Source: a virus. From it: a DNA stretch of 64,000 nucleotides. Positions within the stretch are counted from its first letter, which is position 1. Each line of letters starts with the position of its first letter. The notes under the pieces are model-generated. The model was not told the DNA's origin. It was given only the letters and a program-made list of their open reading frames with translations, and ran no database searches. Location: IMG/VR virus record IMGVR_UViG_3300035703_000059, positions 11,407 to 75,406 of that record, one strand, 5' to 3'. Below, in pieces: positions 55,533-64,000 of the stretch. The translations under genes were made by a program, and so were the position numbers.

Positions 55533-57196
55533 GCCACCTCCAGCATCGCCAGCACCGAGTCGACGATTTCGTCCTCGGTCTTGTCCCCGTACATCAGCGA
55601 GTCGGCGAATCCGATGACGCTGTCGTCTTTCGCCACCTCTTCGACGGCGGGCAGCTTGTCGACGAGGATCGACGCCATTCGCTCATCGACCGTGTTCTCG
55701 GCGACGAGATATTCGATGAGGACCGGCCGCTTCTGACCGTGACGGGCGACGCGGCCCTCCCATTGAATGACCTGCCCCGGCGTCCACGGCAGCATCGCGA
55801 CGAGGAAGACGTCCGTGTCTTGGATGTTCATGCCCTCGCCCCACGCGTCGCCGGTGCCGACCAGCACCGCCGGACCGGGGTCCGCCATGTATTTCTGAAG
55901 CTCCTCATCGCGCACGCCGGCCGGCGTCCCGCCGTGACCCGTGAACACGCGCGCGACGTCTCCAACCGCCTTGCGGACGGCGTCGGTCAGCTTTTCGCAA
56001 TCGATGCGCCGGCCGGTGAACACCAGCACCTTCTGACCGGCCTCGACACACTCCTCGATGCGGTCGACGACCGCCGCCCGCTTGCGCGACGCGGCCTCGG
56101 CCAGCCGGACCTCCAGAATGGCCGTCTTGCCGGTCTTGGAGGCCCGCGCCAGTTCCTTCGCGAAGCCGCCCGACGGCGCCGATTGGTCGGCGACGGGAAT
56201 CCGCGTGACGACGCGCCGCTTGGGCGGCAGGTCGCGGTGCGTCACGGAGTACGGGACTTGGTGGACCGCGAGGGAGACGCGGTTCCAGAGTTCGTCGAGA
56301 TTCGACGCGCCCGACGTGTCCAGACCACCGAAAGCGTTTTTCCGTGCGGCGCAATACCGCGCGGTGAAGGACGCCTTGTCCTGCCGGTAGAACGGTCCCC
56401 ATGCGTCCGGCTGGCACAGGTCAAGCTGCGCCCACAGGTCGCGGGTCCGGTCCTTGATGGGCGTCGCCGTCGTCCCCAGCCGGAACTTGACCGCGCGCGA
56501 CAGGACGTAGGCGTGGTACGCCATGTTGTCCCGGTTCTGGAACGCCAGCGACCCATCCTTGCGAGGCACAGCCTCAAACCGCTTGTTCGACTTGGCCTTG
56601 TGGATTTCGTCGAAGATGACGTTCGTCGGCTTCCACTTGACCAGCGCCTCGGCGTGGGCGGGCAGCGTCTCCCAGCCCAGCACCACGAACATCGATTCCT
56701 CCAGCCGCTCCTCGTCGAGCGGCCCCGTGTCCTCGACGACGTAGGCCCGGTGATTCGTGAACCGCTCAATCTCGCGGCCGTAGTTCCGGCGGACCGCCGC
56801 ACGCGTCACGACCACCGTCGCCCCGCCGTTGCCGAGCGCCCAGCAGATGCCGCCCAGCGTCTTGCCGGAGCCGGCGGCCCACAGCAGCATCCCCGACCGC
56901 CGCGACATCGTGAGGATGCCTTCGCGCTGGTACGGCGTGAGGAACGCTGGCACCCATTCCCGCAGGCCACGTTCGGTGAGCGAGTCGATGTCCGTGATGC
57001 CGGGGGGCGGCGAGACGAGAGCCGCCGCCGCGAACTTGACCCCGTACCGATTGCACGCCTCCTCGACCAGCCAAGCACCGTTCTCCGGCGCCAGCACCTC
57101 GCGCGGACCCCGGATGTTGACTCCCGGCAGAGCCGCGAGCGCACCCCGTAGTTCTGGTGGCACCCACCCCAAACTATAACGATAAATCGCGTGCAT
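55529..57196 (-). CDS. SNF2-family helicase
   Basis: TPYQ, GSGKT, DEIH, TATP, GEGMN, QWEGRVARHGQ. Confidence 0.9.
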   Translation of the reverse strand: MHAIYRYSLGWVPPELRGALAALPGVNIRGPREVLAPENGAWLVEEACNRYGVKFAAAALVSPPPGITDIDSLTERGLREWVPAFLTPYQREGILTMSRRSGMLLWAAGSGKTLGGICWALGNGGATVVVTRAAVRRNYGREIERFTNHRAYVVEDTGPLDEERLEESMFVVLGWETLPAHAEALVKWKPTNVIFDEIHKAKSNKRFEAVPRKDGSLAFQNRDNMAYHAYVLSRAVKFRLGTTATPIKDRTRDLWAQLDLCQPDAWGPFYRQDKASFTARYCAARKNAFGGLDTSGASNLDELWNRVSLAVHQVPYSVTHRDLPPKRRVVTRIPVADQSAPSGGFAKELARASKTGKTAILEVRLAEAASRKRAAVVDRIEECVEAGQKVLVFTGRRIDCEKLTDAVRKAVGDVARVFTGHGGTPAGVRDEELQKYMADPGPAVLVGTGDAWGEGMNIQDTDVFLVAMLPWTPGQVIQWEGRVARHGQKRPVLIEYLVAENTVDERMASILVDKLPAVEEVAKDDSVIGFADSLMYGDKTEDEIVDSVLAMLEVA

Positions 57197-57227
57197 CCTT
57201 CATCCCCGTTGCAGCGTGTGCGGGGGC

Positions 57228-57278
57228 TTGTAGCACGGCGTTTTGTCACTTGTCAATCGGAAAGCGACGTGCTAAGAC
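57228..57278. promoter_or_regulatory. Divergent overlapping promoters
   Basis: Plus TTGTCA-N17-TAAGAC; minus TTGACA-N18-TACAAG. Confidence 0.5.
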
Positions 57279-57325
57279 GGCCGCCCTCGTCATATCCGGC
57301 GGGGGCGAGAGAACGGGGAGACAGC

Positions 57326-58669
57326 ATGATTTCGGAACAGGAAGTGTGGGCCGCGTTGCCCGCGCGAGGGTTCGTTCGCAGCTACGTCGAGTACGCCAGC
57401 CAGACCACGGATGCCAACGTCGCGTACCATCTGTCGAGCGCGCTGGCGATTCTGACGCAGACGGTCCCGCTGGACTACTGCGTGCCGTATGCCAGCCCTC
57501 TGTGGGGCAATCTTTTCAGCCTCATCGTCGGCGACTCGTCGAAGAGCCGCAAGACGGCGTCGGTGAACGTGGCCCAGCGCATCCTTCGGGAAGCCCTGCC
57601 GGGGTCGGTGGGCGAGGTGCCGGGGTCGCAGGAAGGGTTGTACGAAAGCCTGCGCGCCCAGCAGCGGCAACTCATCATCTACGGCGAGTTCGGCGAGTTC
57701 CTCGCGAAGGCGGAGCAAGGCTATTTGATGCCGCTGAAGACGGCGTACACGAACCTGTGGGACGCGATTCCGATTGGCCGCGCGCTGGCGAACAGCCGCC
57801 GGGGCGCTGTCAGCGACCCGCGACTCTCGCTCCTCTGCGGCGTCGCCACCGACCTGCTTGAGCGGCACACGGAGGTCGCAGACTGGACCGGCGGGTTCCT
57901 TGCCCGGTTCCTCACCTTTCACGCGGAGCCGGAAAGGCACTACGCCGCCCCGCCCATCGACGACCCGTCGAAGCGCGGCCAGATCGTGAAGTGGGTGAAA
58001 GACCTCGCCGCCCCGCAGGCGCTCCCCGGCCGGTGCCTCTGGCTCGACAAGCACGGCGAAGAACTGTGGGCCGCATGGTGGGAGGATATGGGCAAGGCGC
58101 GTGACCGTGCGAATCGCCGGGTCGCTGCCGCGTGTTCACGCTCGACGAGCATCGCGGCGAAGGTCGCCCTTCTCCTCGCGTGGGACGTCGGGCAGGCCCG
58201 CAGCGGCGCCGATTGGTACGTCGGTGAGCAGGAACTCGCGAGCGCCCTTGCCATCACGAACCTGCACCTCGACAGCGTCATCGAACTCGGCGAGACGGTC
58301 ACGGGGTCAAAGGATATGCGCGACCGCCGGTCGGTTCTGCGCTCGATTGCCGAAGTCCCGACGCCCCTCGGCGTCATCATCAAGACGAGCGACCTGCTCA
58401 AGCGCCGCGTGTCGGAAATCATCGACTCGCTGGTCGAAGAGCGCATGATTCGCATGGAGCGCATCAACGGGCAGGTCTGCTACGTCCGCACGCCGGACGA
58501 GCACCAGATGCTCTTCGATATGGTGAAGTCGCAGGAAGCGGCCGTCGCCGGAGGCGAGTCGGGCAACGTCGTCGCCATGATGCGCCCGCTCCCGAAGCCG
58601 TCGCCCCTCGTTCCGGCAGGCCGGGAAATCGACGAGGACGACATCGATTGGGCGACGTTCGACGGGTAG
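57326..58669 (+). CDS. DUF3987/YfjI-like P-loop protein (replicative helicase-like)
   Basis: NLFSLIVGDSSKSRKT, GSQEGL, EFGEF, LWD, GFLARFL; C-terminal wHTH-like segment. Confidence 0.75.
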   Translation: MISEQEVWAALPARGFVRSYVEYASQTTDANVAYHLSSALAILTQTVPLDYCVPYASPLWGNLFSLIVGDSSKSRKTASVNVAQRILREALPGSVGEVPGSQEGLYESLRAQQRQLIIYGEFGEFLAKAEQGYLMPLKTAYTNLWDAIPIGRALANSRRGAVSDPRLSLLCGVATDLLERHTEVADWTGGFLARFLTFHAEPERHYAAPPIDDPSKRGQIVKWVKDLAAPQALPGRCLWLDKHGEELWAAWWEDMGKARDRANRRVAAACSRSTSIAAKVALLLAWDVGQARSGADWYVGEQELASALAITNLHLDSVIELGETVTGSKDMRDRRSVLRSIAEVPTPLGVIIKTSDLLKRRVSEIIDSLVEERMIRMERINGQVCYVRTPDEHQMLFDMVKSQEAAVAGGESGNVVAMMRPLPKPSPLVPAGREIDEDDIDWATFDG

Positions 58670-58679
58670 GTCTGCGGTC

Positions 58680-59000
58680 TTAGCGCCGATAGCAGGACGA
58701 ACCGAGAAGGCCGGCGACCCCGTCGGCCTTCTTCTTTTTCTCCAGCCGGTTCATCTCGACCTTGATCTCGACCAGCACCACGGCCTCGACGAACAGCGAA
58801 GCGATGAGCGCCTTCTTCGCCAGCGGCTTGAAGCCGTTGCGTTCCCCGGCGACCCATAGGGCCGCGCCGAGAATGACCGCGCGCTGAAGGACGCTGTACC
58901 CGGCCTTGAGTATGCCCTCCGGCTCACCGGCCCAAAAGGCGTGAGCCGACCGGACGGACGGCAGGGTCGGGCAATCGTTGACGGGGTCTAGGTCGGCCAC
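58680..59000 (-). CDS. Small membrane protein (virion-like)
   Basis: TLPS..GEP..R; two hydrophobic helices; VAGL motif. Confidence 0.6.
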   Translation of the reverse strand: MADLDPVNDCPTLPSVRSAHAFWAGEPEGILKAGYSVLQRAVILGAALWVAGERNGFKPLAKKALIASLFVEAVVLVEIKVEMNRLEKKKKADGVAGLLGSSCYRR

Positions 59001-59010
59001 GGGACGCTCC

Positions 59011-59277
59011 CTATCGATTCTTCGCTTCGTTGCGCCCGGCCGCTTTGCCGAACAGGTAAGCCGCGACCACGAATAGGGCGGGTCCGGCGAGCGACTTGAG
59101 GGTGTACCCGGCGGGCGTCATCGCTTGCTCCGTTCGTTGGCGTGCCACGCGAAGGCGACGGCCAGCAGACCGGCGACGAGGACGCCGGTCTTGACTCGGT
59201 CCCACCACTCAAAGTACGCGGCGCCATTCTGCATGGCCGTCGTCGCGTCCTCGGACCATCCGCCTAGCTGCCTCATC
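59011..59277 (-). other. Two very small TM ORFs (59011-59121, 59118-59277)
   Basis: GGAG RBSs; one TM each. Confidence 0.5.
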
Positions 59278-59689
59278 ACGGCTCCACGAACTTCTTGATC
59301 CGCTTGTAGTAGTCCCGGCGCTCGCAGAGGTGGTCGGCGGCGACTCTCGCTGTGTCGCCGACCCGTCCTTTCGTCACGCCGCGATGCTCGCGCTCGACTT
59401 CCATCCCCTCGCGGAGTTCGGCAGGCGTAATCCCGCAGGACTGATACCGCCGGGGCAGCTTCTTGAGGGCGCGCTTCGCTGTGCCGACGGGGATGCGCCC
59501 GTGTGCCGGCAGACCGGCGACCGTCACCCGCGACTCGCCTTTTCGGGGCAGGTGAAGAAGCAGGTAGCCGAGAGCGGTGAGGCTGGCGACGGACCCGGCG
59601 ACGTTGAGCCAATGGGTCCAATCGCGTGTCGGGGAGTCGTCTCCCGACAAGCCGGCCATGCCGCAGTTCCGTCCGCAGGGGCAGGGCAT
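59276..59689 (-). CDS. TM plus DUF5661-like protein
   Basis: ELREGMEVEREH..A.DHL.E..DYY.RI; MAGLSG motif. Confidence 0.7.
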   Translation of the reverse strand: MPCPCGRNCGMAGLSGDDSPTRDWTHWLNVAGSVASLTALGYLLLHLPRKGESRVTVAGLPAHGRIPVGTAKRALKKLPRRYQSCGITPAELREGMEVEREHRGVTKGRVGDTARVAADHLCERRDYYKRIKKFVEP

Positions 59690-59693
59690 CGAT

Positions 59694-60059
59694 TTATCGC
59701 TTGCCCTTCTTCTTGCCCTTCTTCTTGCTGACCTTGAAACTGCCCTTGATCGTGCTGCCCGACTTGATCATCGATACCTTGACGCCGGCCTTCTTGGCGC
59801 TCTTGGCCGAGATGGTCGCGCAGCCCTTACCGAAGGCGACGACGGCGTCCCGCGTCTTGGCGCGCTTTTTCCCGCCCCCGGCGCGGGCCTCGGCGTCGAC
59901 CATACCGGCGGCGTACTCTGCGGCGAGAATCGAGCGGAGCGCGGCCACGCACTTGCCGGCCTTCACGTTCTTCTTCGCGTCTTTGGTCAGCGTGGCGACG
60001 GCCGACGACCCGGCCTTATACATCTTCTTGTGGGCTTTCATCGGGGAACCGAGAGACAT
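59694..60059 (-). CDS. Lys-rich basic protein
   Basis: GAGGAG RBS; K-rich; Cys pair. Confidence 0.7.
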   Translation of the reverse strand: MSLGSPMKAHKKMYKAGSSAVATLTKDAKKNVKAGKCVAALRSILAAEYAAGMVDAEARAGGGKKRAKTRDAVVAFGKGCATISAKSAKKAGVKVSMIKSGSTIKGSFKVSKKKGKKKGKR

Positions 60060-60145
60060 CGGGAACTCCTCGCGGCATAGGGCCGCCGGGTGATAGGCCC
60101 GGCCACTCTACTCCGAAAGGGGCGCTCCGTCGAATCCGCGTGCCG

Positions 60146-60418
60146 TCAGTTCAGCATCCCGCCGGTCGGCGGGGTGCCGCCGGGGGAACCCTTGATCTCG
60201 TCGAGCCGGTCCATCGCCTCGGTCGCGACGGCCCGCATCTTGTCGTGAATGGCCCGCGTGCCAGACTTCCCGGCATCGAAGCGCGAGGCGCCGTATCCGG
60301 CGGCCAGCAGGTCGCCCTCCTCGCCCACGATGACGCCCACGACGACGTAGGCCCGCACGTCGTAGGCGGCAGCGAGTTCACGAACGGCCAGAAAAAACGC
60401 GTCCTCTTTGCGGGCCAT
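60146..60418 (-). CDS. Hypothetical protein
   Basis: GGAGG RBS. Confidence 0.55.
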   Translation of the reverse strand: MARKEDAFFLAVRELAAAYDVRAYVVVGVIVGEEGDLLAAGYGASRFDAGKSGTRAIHDKMRAVATEAMDRLDEIKGSPGGTPPTGGMLN

Positions 60419-60441
60419 CGCCCCTCCGACCGTCAACCATA

Positions 60442-61464
60442 TCACGATTTCGCGATGACCTTGTGGAGCCATTCGTTCGACGCCTTCAGCGCCTTGCGCC
60501 ATTCGGGCATCGTCTCCTCCGGGTCGCTCATCGTCCCGAACCGGCGCGGCTCCGCGTCCTCGATGTCCCCGGCCTCGATTTCCACCGGCCCGACGGAAAC
60601 GGTGGCCGGCTCCCCGACGGCCGGCGGCGCCGTCTCGCGGAACCATCGATAGCGGTCGTCGGGGTCGAGTTCCTTCTTGTCGACGCGGAGCAGCACCGCG
60701 TTCCACTTCGCCACGAACTCCCGCAGGTCGCCGCGCCGCAGGTCGGCAAGCGCCTTTCCGGCGACGCTGAACGCCTTGGGCCGGTCGTACCGGGTCGCGT
60801 TCTCCGCCGTCTGGACGAACCAGCCCATCACCTCCTCCACCTCGGCGAGCGGCCGTTCCGCGTCCGTCATCGCGAGGTAGGTGTCGAACGCGATGCGCTC
60901 CTCGGCGCCGGTCCAGCCGCTCGACAGGTGCGTGACGACGGCCTCGGCCATATCCGGCGGCATCGGGATTTGCCGGAGACGGCGGGTCAGCGGGATGACC
61001 GGGAACGCAGGGTCCGGCTCCGCCTCGCCCCAAACGTAGTCGAGGACCGACATCAGACGACCGCGCTCCCGGTCGCCCAGCGTGCCGAGAATCGCAGGCA
61101 CGTCGGCCCACGTCATCGTTGACAGCCGGTCAAAGCTGAAGGCGACGGAGAGGACGTCGACAGCGTCGGAGAAGATGGACGGCGGGGAGAAGGCATGGCG
61201 GACCGACGCGTAGTCGACGATTTCGATGCCGTGGTCTTTCACCGACTCCCCGATGTGGTGCAGTACCGACCCCAGCTTGGCCCGCATGGTGGCACTCAAG
61301 CTGATTCGGTACAGGTTGACCGCCTCGCCGTCGTTCCACGACTCCGGCGGCAGGCGCAGCACCAGCCGATGGGCGGCGGCGCGGTACGTCTTGATCGTGA
61401 TGCGGTTGGCGAAGGCGCGGTCGAGATAGTGGTCGAACACCAGCTTGAACTCGTCGGGAGTCAT
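60442..61464 (-). CDS. Hypothetical protein with integrase-N-like start
   Basis: GGAGG RBS; F..YL....TIKTY; no catalytic HxxR seen. Confidence 0.6.
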   Translation of the reverse strand: MTPDEFKLVFDHYLDRAFANRITIKTYRAAAHRLVLRLPPESWNDGEAVNLYRISLSATMRAKLGSVLHHIGESVKDHGIEIVDYASVRHAFSPPSIFSDAVDVLSVAFSFDRLSTMTWADVPAILGTLGDRERGRLMSVLDYVWGEAEPDPAFPVIPLTRRLRQIPMPPDMAEAVVTHLSSGWTGAEERIAFDTYLAMTDAERPLAEVEEVMGWFVQTAENATRYDRPKAFSVAGKALADLRRGDLREFVAKWNAVLLRVDKKELDPDDRYRWFRETAPPAVGEPATVSVGPVEIEAGDIEDAEPRRFGTMSDPEETMPEWRKALKASNEWLHKVIAKS

Positions 61465-61489
61465 TTTTTGCCTCCTTTTGGCTGCGACA

Positions 61490-61880
61490 GTATACAGGTA
61501 TACGCGGCAGAGATGCAATCAAAATCGGGGGTGTAGGTAGAAGTTTTGTCGATTCTGCATCTGTGCCACTAGGTAAGTTTTTGCAAGAAAAAGTAGGTAG
61601 AACCTGTGCTGTTACAGAGAACTTATATATACCCAAGTTACCTACTACCTACCCCCTAAAAAATAGCTGCATAAGTATAGGTAAAAAGAAAAATCGTATG
61701 CACTATAAGAGCTTAGGTGATGTAATCTCTCGTTCTAGCTGTTCTCAAGTCTTTCCGAAAAGGGGAAGGTAGGTAGTAGGTAAGTAGGGTATATATAAGT
61801 GCGATGAAACAGCAGAGATTCTACCTACCACACAGATTCTACCTACCCCAGCACTTTCAAAGTTCTACCTACACCCTTCC
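61490..61880. repeat. AT-rich region with ~60-bp inverted repeat and GTAGGTAGAA iterons (origin-like)
   Basis: 61621-61653 vs 61768-61800 match 31/33; GTAGGTAGAA at ~61533 and 61593, its complement at ~61819, 61837 and 61863. Confidence 0.8.
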
Positions 61881-61987
61881 GCAGTAACCCAAGCGCGATC
61901 CGGCGGCACACCGTTCTTCGCCCATCGATGTGAGGACTTTCACTCTGCACTTGCGTTGCATGATCAAGGGCGGCATGGTCGCGCGCC

Positions 61988-62605
61988 ATGCAACGACGCG
62001 ACTCGTCACAACTCCTGTTCGACTTCGCCCGCACACCGGCGTCCGCCCCTGCGCTCACGCTCGTCGAACCACCGCCCGCAGAGCGCGCGCCCGTCGCCGC
62101 GCGGCCCGTCCTTCCCCCGCGACCGGCCTACGGGCCTCGGACCGACGACCCCAAGGTTCGGCTGACCGTCGTCTGGCCGCCGCCGTCGCCTTATGGCGAG
62201 TTTCCGGCACCCCGACCGGGTCCAGACAGCTTCGCGGACGAACTATTCGCTCTGGAGCCAACAGCGGACGATTTTGACGAGTCGCGTCCTCGGACACGCG
62301 GGGACTGCTACGGCAAGCCGCGCCCGTGTCCGTGGGTGTCGTGCCGGTACAACCTGTACCTCGACGTGCGCGAGGACGGGGGGCTGAAGCTGAACTTCCC
62401 CGACAAGGAACCCGACGAGATCACGGCATCGTGCGCGCTCGACTTGGCGGAGGACGGCTCGCGGACGCTGGACGGCATCGCGGCGCTGATGGGCATGAGC
62501 AAGGAGCGTGCGCGGCAGCTTGAGGCTCGCGGCCTTGGAAAGATGCGCGACGGCCTGCCGCGCCGGGACGACGTCACGCGTCTCGACGACACGGATTGGA
62601 TTTGA
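61988..62605 (+). CDS. Sigma-70 region-4 HTH protein with Cys cluster (myxobacterial type)
   Basis: PRTRGDC..PCPWVSCRYNLYLDV..SCALD..TLDGIAALMGMSKERARQLE; start uncertain. Confidence 0.8.
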   Translation: MQRRDSSQLLFDFARTPASAPALTLVEPPPAERAPVAARPVLPPRPAYGPRTDDPKVRLTVVWPPPSPYGEFPAPRPGPDSFADELFALEPTADDFDESRPRTRGDCYGKPRPCPWVSCRYNLYLDVREDGGLKLNFPDKEPDEITASCALDLAEDGSRTLDGIAALMGMSKERARQLEARGLGKMRDGLPRRDDVTRLDDTDWI

Positions 62606-62626
62606 CGTCGCCCCGGTTGCGCGTTG

Positions 62627-62941
62627 TCACCGCGACTTGGCCTTGTAGCCGGTCGGGCAGGACGAACCGCGTCGGGCTTTGATGACGGCGTGCGAGCGCG
62701 TGCCGACGGTGCAGACCATCCGACGGCCGCAGATTTTCTTTCCGCTCTTGGTGGTCTTGCAGCCGCTCTTCTGCGTCTTGGACTTGCCCTTCGGGCATCC
62801 GATCATCACCACGGTCCCCTTGCCACCGGGGATGTAGCGAAATCCGAACTCCTTTGAGAACTCCTTTTTGGGCTTCGTGATCTTGGTGCAGCGCTTCTCC
62901 GGCAGCTTGAGCCGGGTCTTCTTTTTCGCCTTCGATGCCAT
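62627..62941 (-). CDS. Lys/Cys-rich basic protein
   Basis: MASKAKKK; FGFRY..MIGCPKGK..VGTR. Confidence 0.7.
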   Translation of the reverse strand: MASKAKKKTRLKLPEKRCTKITKPKKEFSKEFGFRYIPGGKGTVVMIGCPKGKSKTQKSGCKTTKSGKKICGRRMVCTVGTRSHAVIKARRGSSCPTGYKAKSR

Positions 62942-63357
62942 CACTTGACTCCTTTGAGACTGACGGGTGCGGGACAGGAGAGCAGGTAAACGACCTGCCG
63001 TTTCTTGGTTTCGGTGCGGACGACCTTGCGGGACGCGCGTCCCTTGGCAAGCTGCTTGCGCCAGAAGCCCTCGGACATCTTCGTCCGATAGCCCGAACTG
63101 CCAAGAGGCGCCTTGAACTTGGCACAGGCGGTCTGTGCCGCGAGTTCGTAGATGCGCGTGCCGATGCCCTGCCGGTGGTACTCCGGCCACAGGCCCACGC
63201 TTTCGATTCGGGCAATCGGACCGACGTCGGGAACGTCCTCGGCCCACAGAACGGCGCCGCCGACCCGCTTTCGCCCGTCCATGACACGGATGGGTAGGAT
63301 GTCGAGATTCAACTCCGGGTTGAACTTCCGTCGACCAACGACAACGCGAATAGCCAT
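62941..63357 (-). CDS. GNAT acetyltransferase
   Basis: VGLWPEYHRQGIGTRIY (motif A), S..FW. Confidence 0.8.
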   Translation of the reverse strand: MAIRVVVGRRKFNPELNLDILPIRVMDGRKRVGGAVLWAEDVPDVGPIARIESVGLWPEYHRQGIGTRIYELAAQTACAKFKAPLGSSGYRTKMSEGFWRKQLAKGRASRKVVRTETKKRQVVYLLSCPAPVSLKGVK

Positions 63358-63488
63358 GCGGCACCTCCGACCCGACGACCCTACCCGACTCCCGTCGATT
63401 CGCCCACTTACGAGTTCCCTTCGATTCTGGCTTGACTGACGCGATAAGGTGGTGAAGTTTGCGTGCGTCCCCAACATGGAGGTCCGCG

Positions 63489-63920
63489 ATGGGATGGAAC
63501 CCGCTCAAGACGATTCACGACAGTCAGAAACGCAAGGAATACAAGGCCGTCCTGCTCGGCCTACTGGCACGGACGCAAAAGGCCGGTGACGGGATTCAGA
63601 TCAGTCCCGGCGAGGGCGAGTCGGGCATCTGGTCCCCCGTCATCGAGGAGATCCTCCGAGAGAACCGCCAGTATTCGCTGGCGATGTGGCCGGAAGGACC
63701 GGCCATCGTCCGCACGGCCGACATCGATGCCCTCAACGCCGACTTCCGGCAGGTCAACGAGTCGGCGCAGTTCCTCAACCGTGGCGGACAGGACTTCAAC
63801 ATCGAGGAGATCAAGCCGCGCCCGACCGGCGGCGAACGCGTCAAGGCCGAAGAATGGGAGAAGGAGATTGGGCAGGAACTCGACAAGCCGGGGTACGAAA
63901 ACCCCTTCAAGAAGGAGTAA
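63489..63920 (+). CDS. Hypothetical protein
   Basis: GGAGG RBS; upstream TTGACT at 63432; the next ORF starts at 63924 and runs off the window. Confidence 0.7.
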   Translation: MGWNPLKTIHDSQKRKEYKAVLLGLLARTQKAGDGIQISPGEGESGIWSPVIEEILRENRQYSLAMWPEGPAIVRTADIDALNADFRQVNESAQFLNRGGQDFNIEEIKPRPTGGERVKAEEWEKEIGQELDKPGYENPFKKE

Positions 63921-64000
63921 CCGATGACGGGTCAGCAGAAAACCGTCTCGCCGGAGGCGCAAGACATTCTCGACCGCCTCCGCGAGCATTACCGGCAGCA

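Noticed and set aside
57326-58669. P-loop protein as the genome-packaging ATPase
   Set aside because: Motifs fit DUF3987/YfjI-like proteins, not A32/FtsK-HerA; no packaging ATPase was identified in this window
61490-61880. Repeats as a CRISPR array
   Set aside because: Short, inverted and irregularly spaced, with no constant repeat-spacer period

Overview
The whole window looks viral: a gene-dense, high-GC dsDNA genome segment with no recognisable host housekeeping genes. A Myxococcota-like host is inferred from a sigma-70 region-4 protein and Cys-rich repeats. I recognise no HK97 capsid, terminase, portal or tail genes. The + strand block (1-25 kb) encodes three adjacent ~200-aa beta-rich proteins that read as vertical single-jelly-roll capsid proteins. 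It also encodes >15 membrane-anchored proteins, a transglutaminase-like Cys-His-Asp enzyme, a lytic transglycosylase, an SGNH esterase, a kinase-TM-LysM fusion, a thioredoxin plus a membrane CxxC protein, a HiPIP-like protein and Lys-rich basic proteins. This fits a large tailless, probably membrane-containing virus. The - strand carries a Cre-like recombinase with a dif/lox-like site, an early small-gene array with a beta-clamp-like protein, DUF932-like and ParB-like genes, and a tailed-phage-type replication module (UDG-PolA, SSB, Sak4-like, Cas4-like, Rad50-like, SNF2, MTase); a DUF3987-like gene diverges on +. Strongest leads: (1) a recurrent [LMVI]xG[LMFI](G/A/S) motif in virion proteins resembling the adenovirus maturation-cleavage site, paired with a candidate protease; (2) a ~740-nt structured non-coding transcript between three sigma-70 promoters and a terminator placed just before the early operon; (3) a TCG-ATG signature at ~27 start codons; (4) a candidate virus-encoded disulfide relay; (5) an AT-rich origin-like inverted repeat. 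All family calls are by-eye motif recognition; no searches were run.
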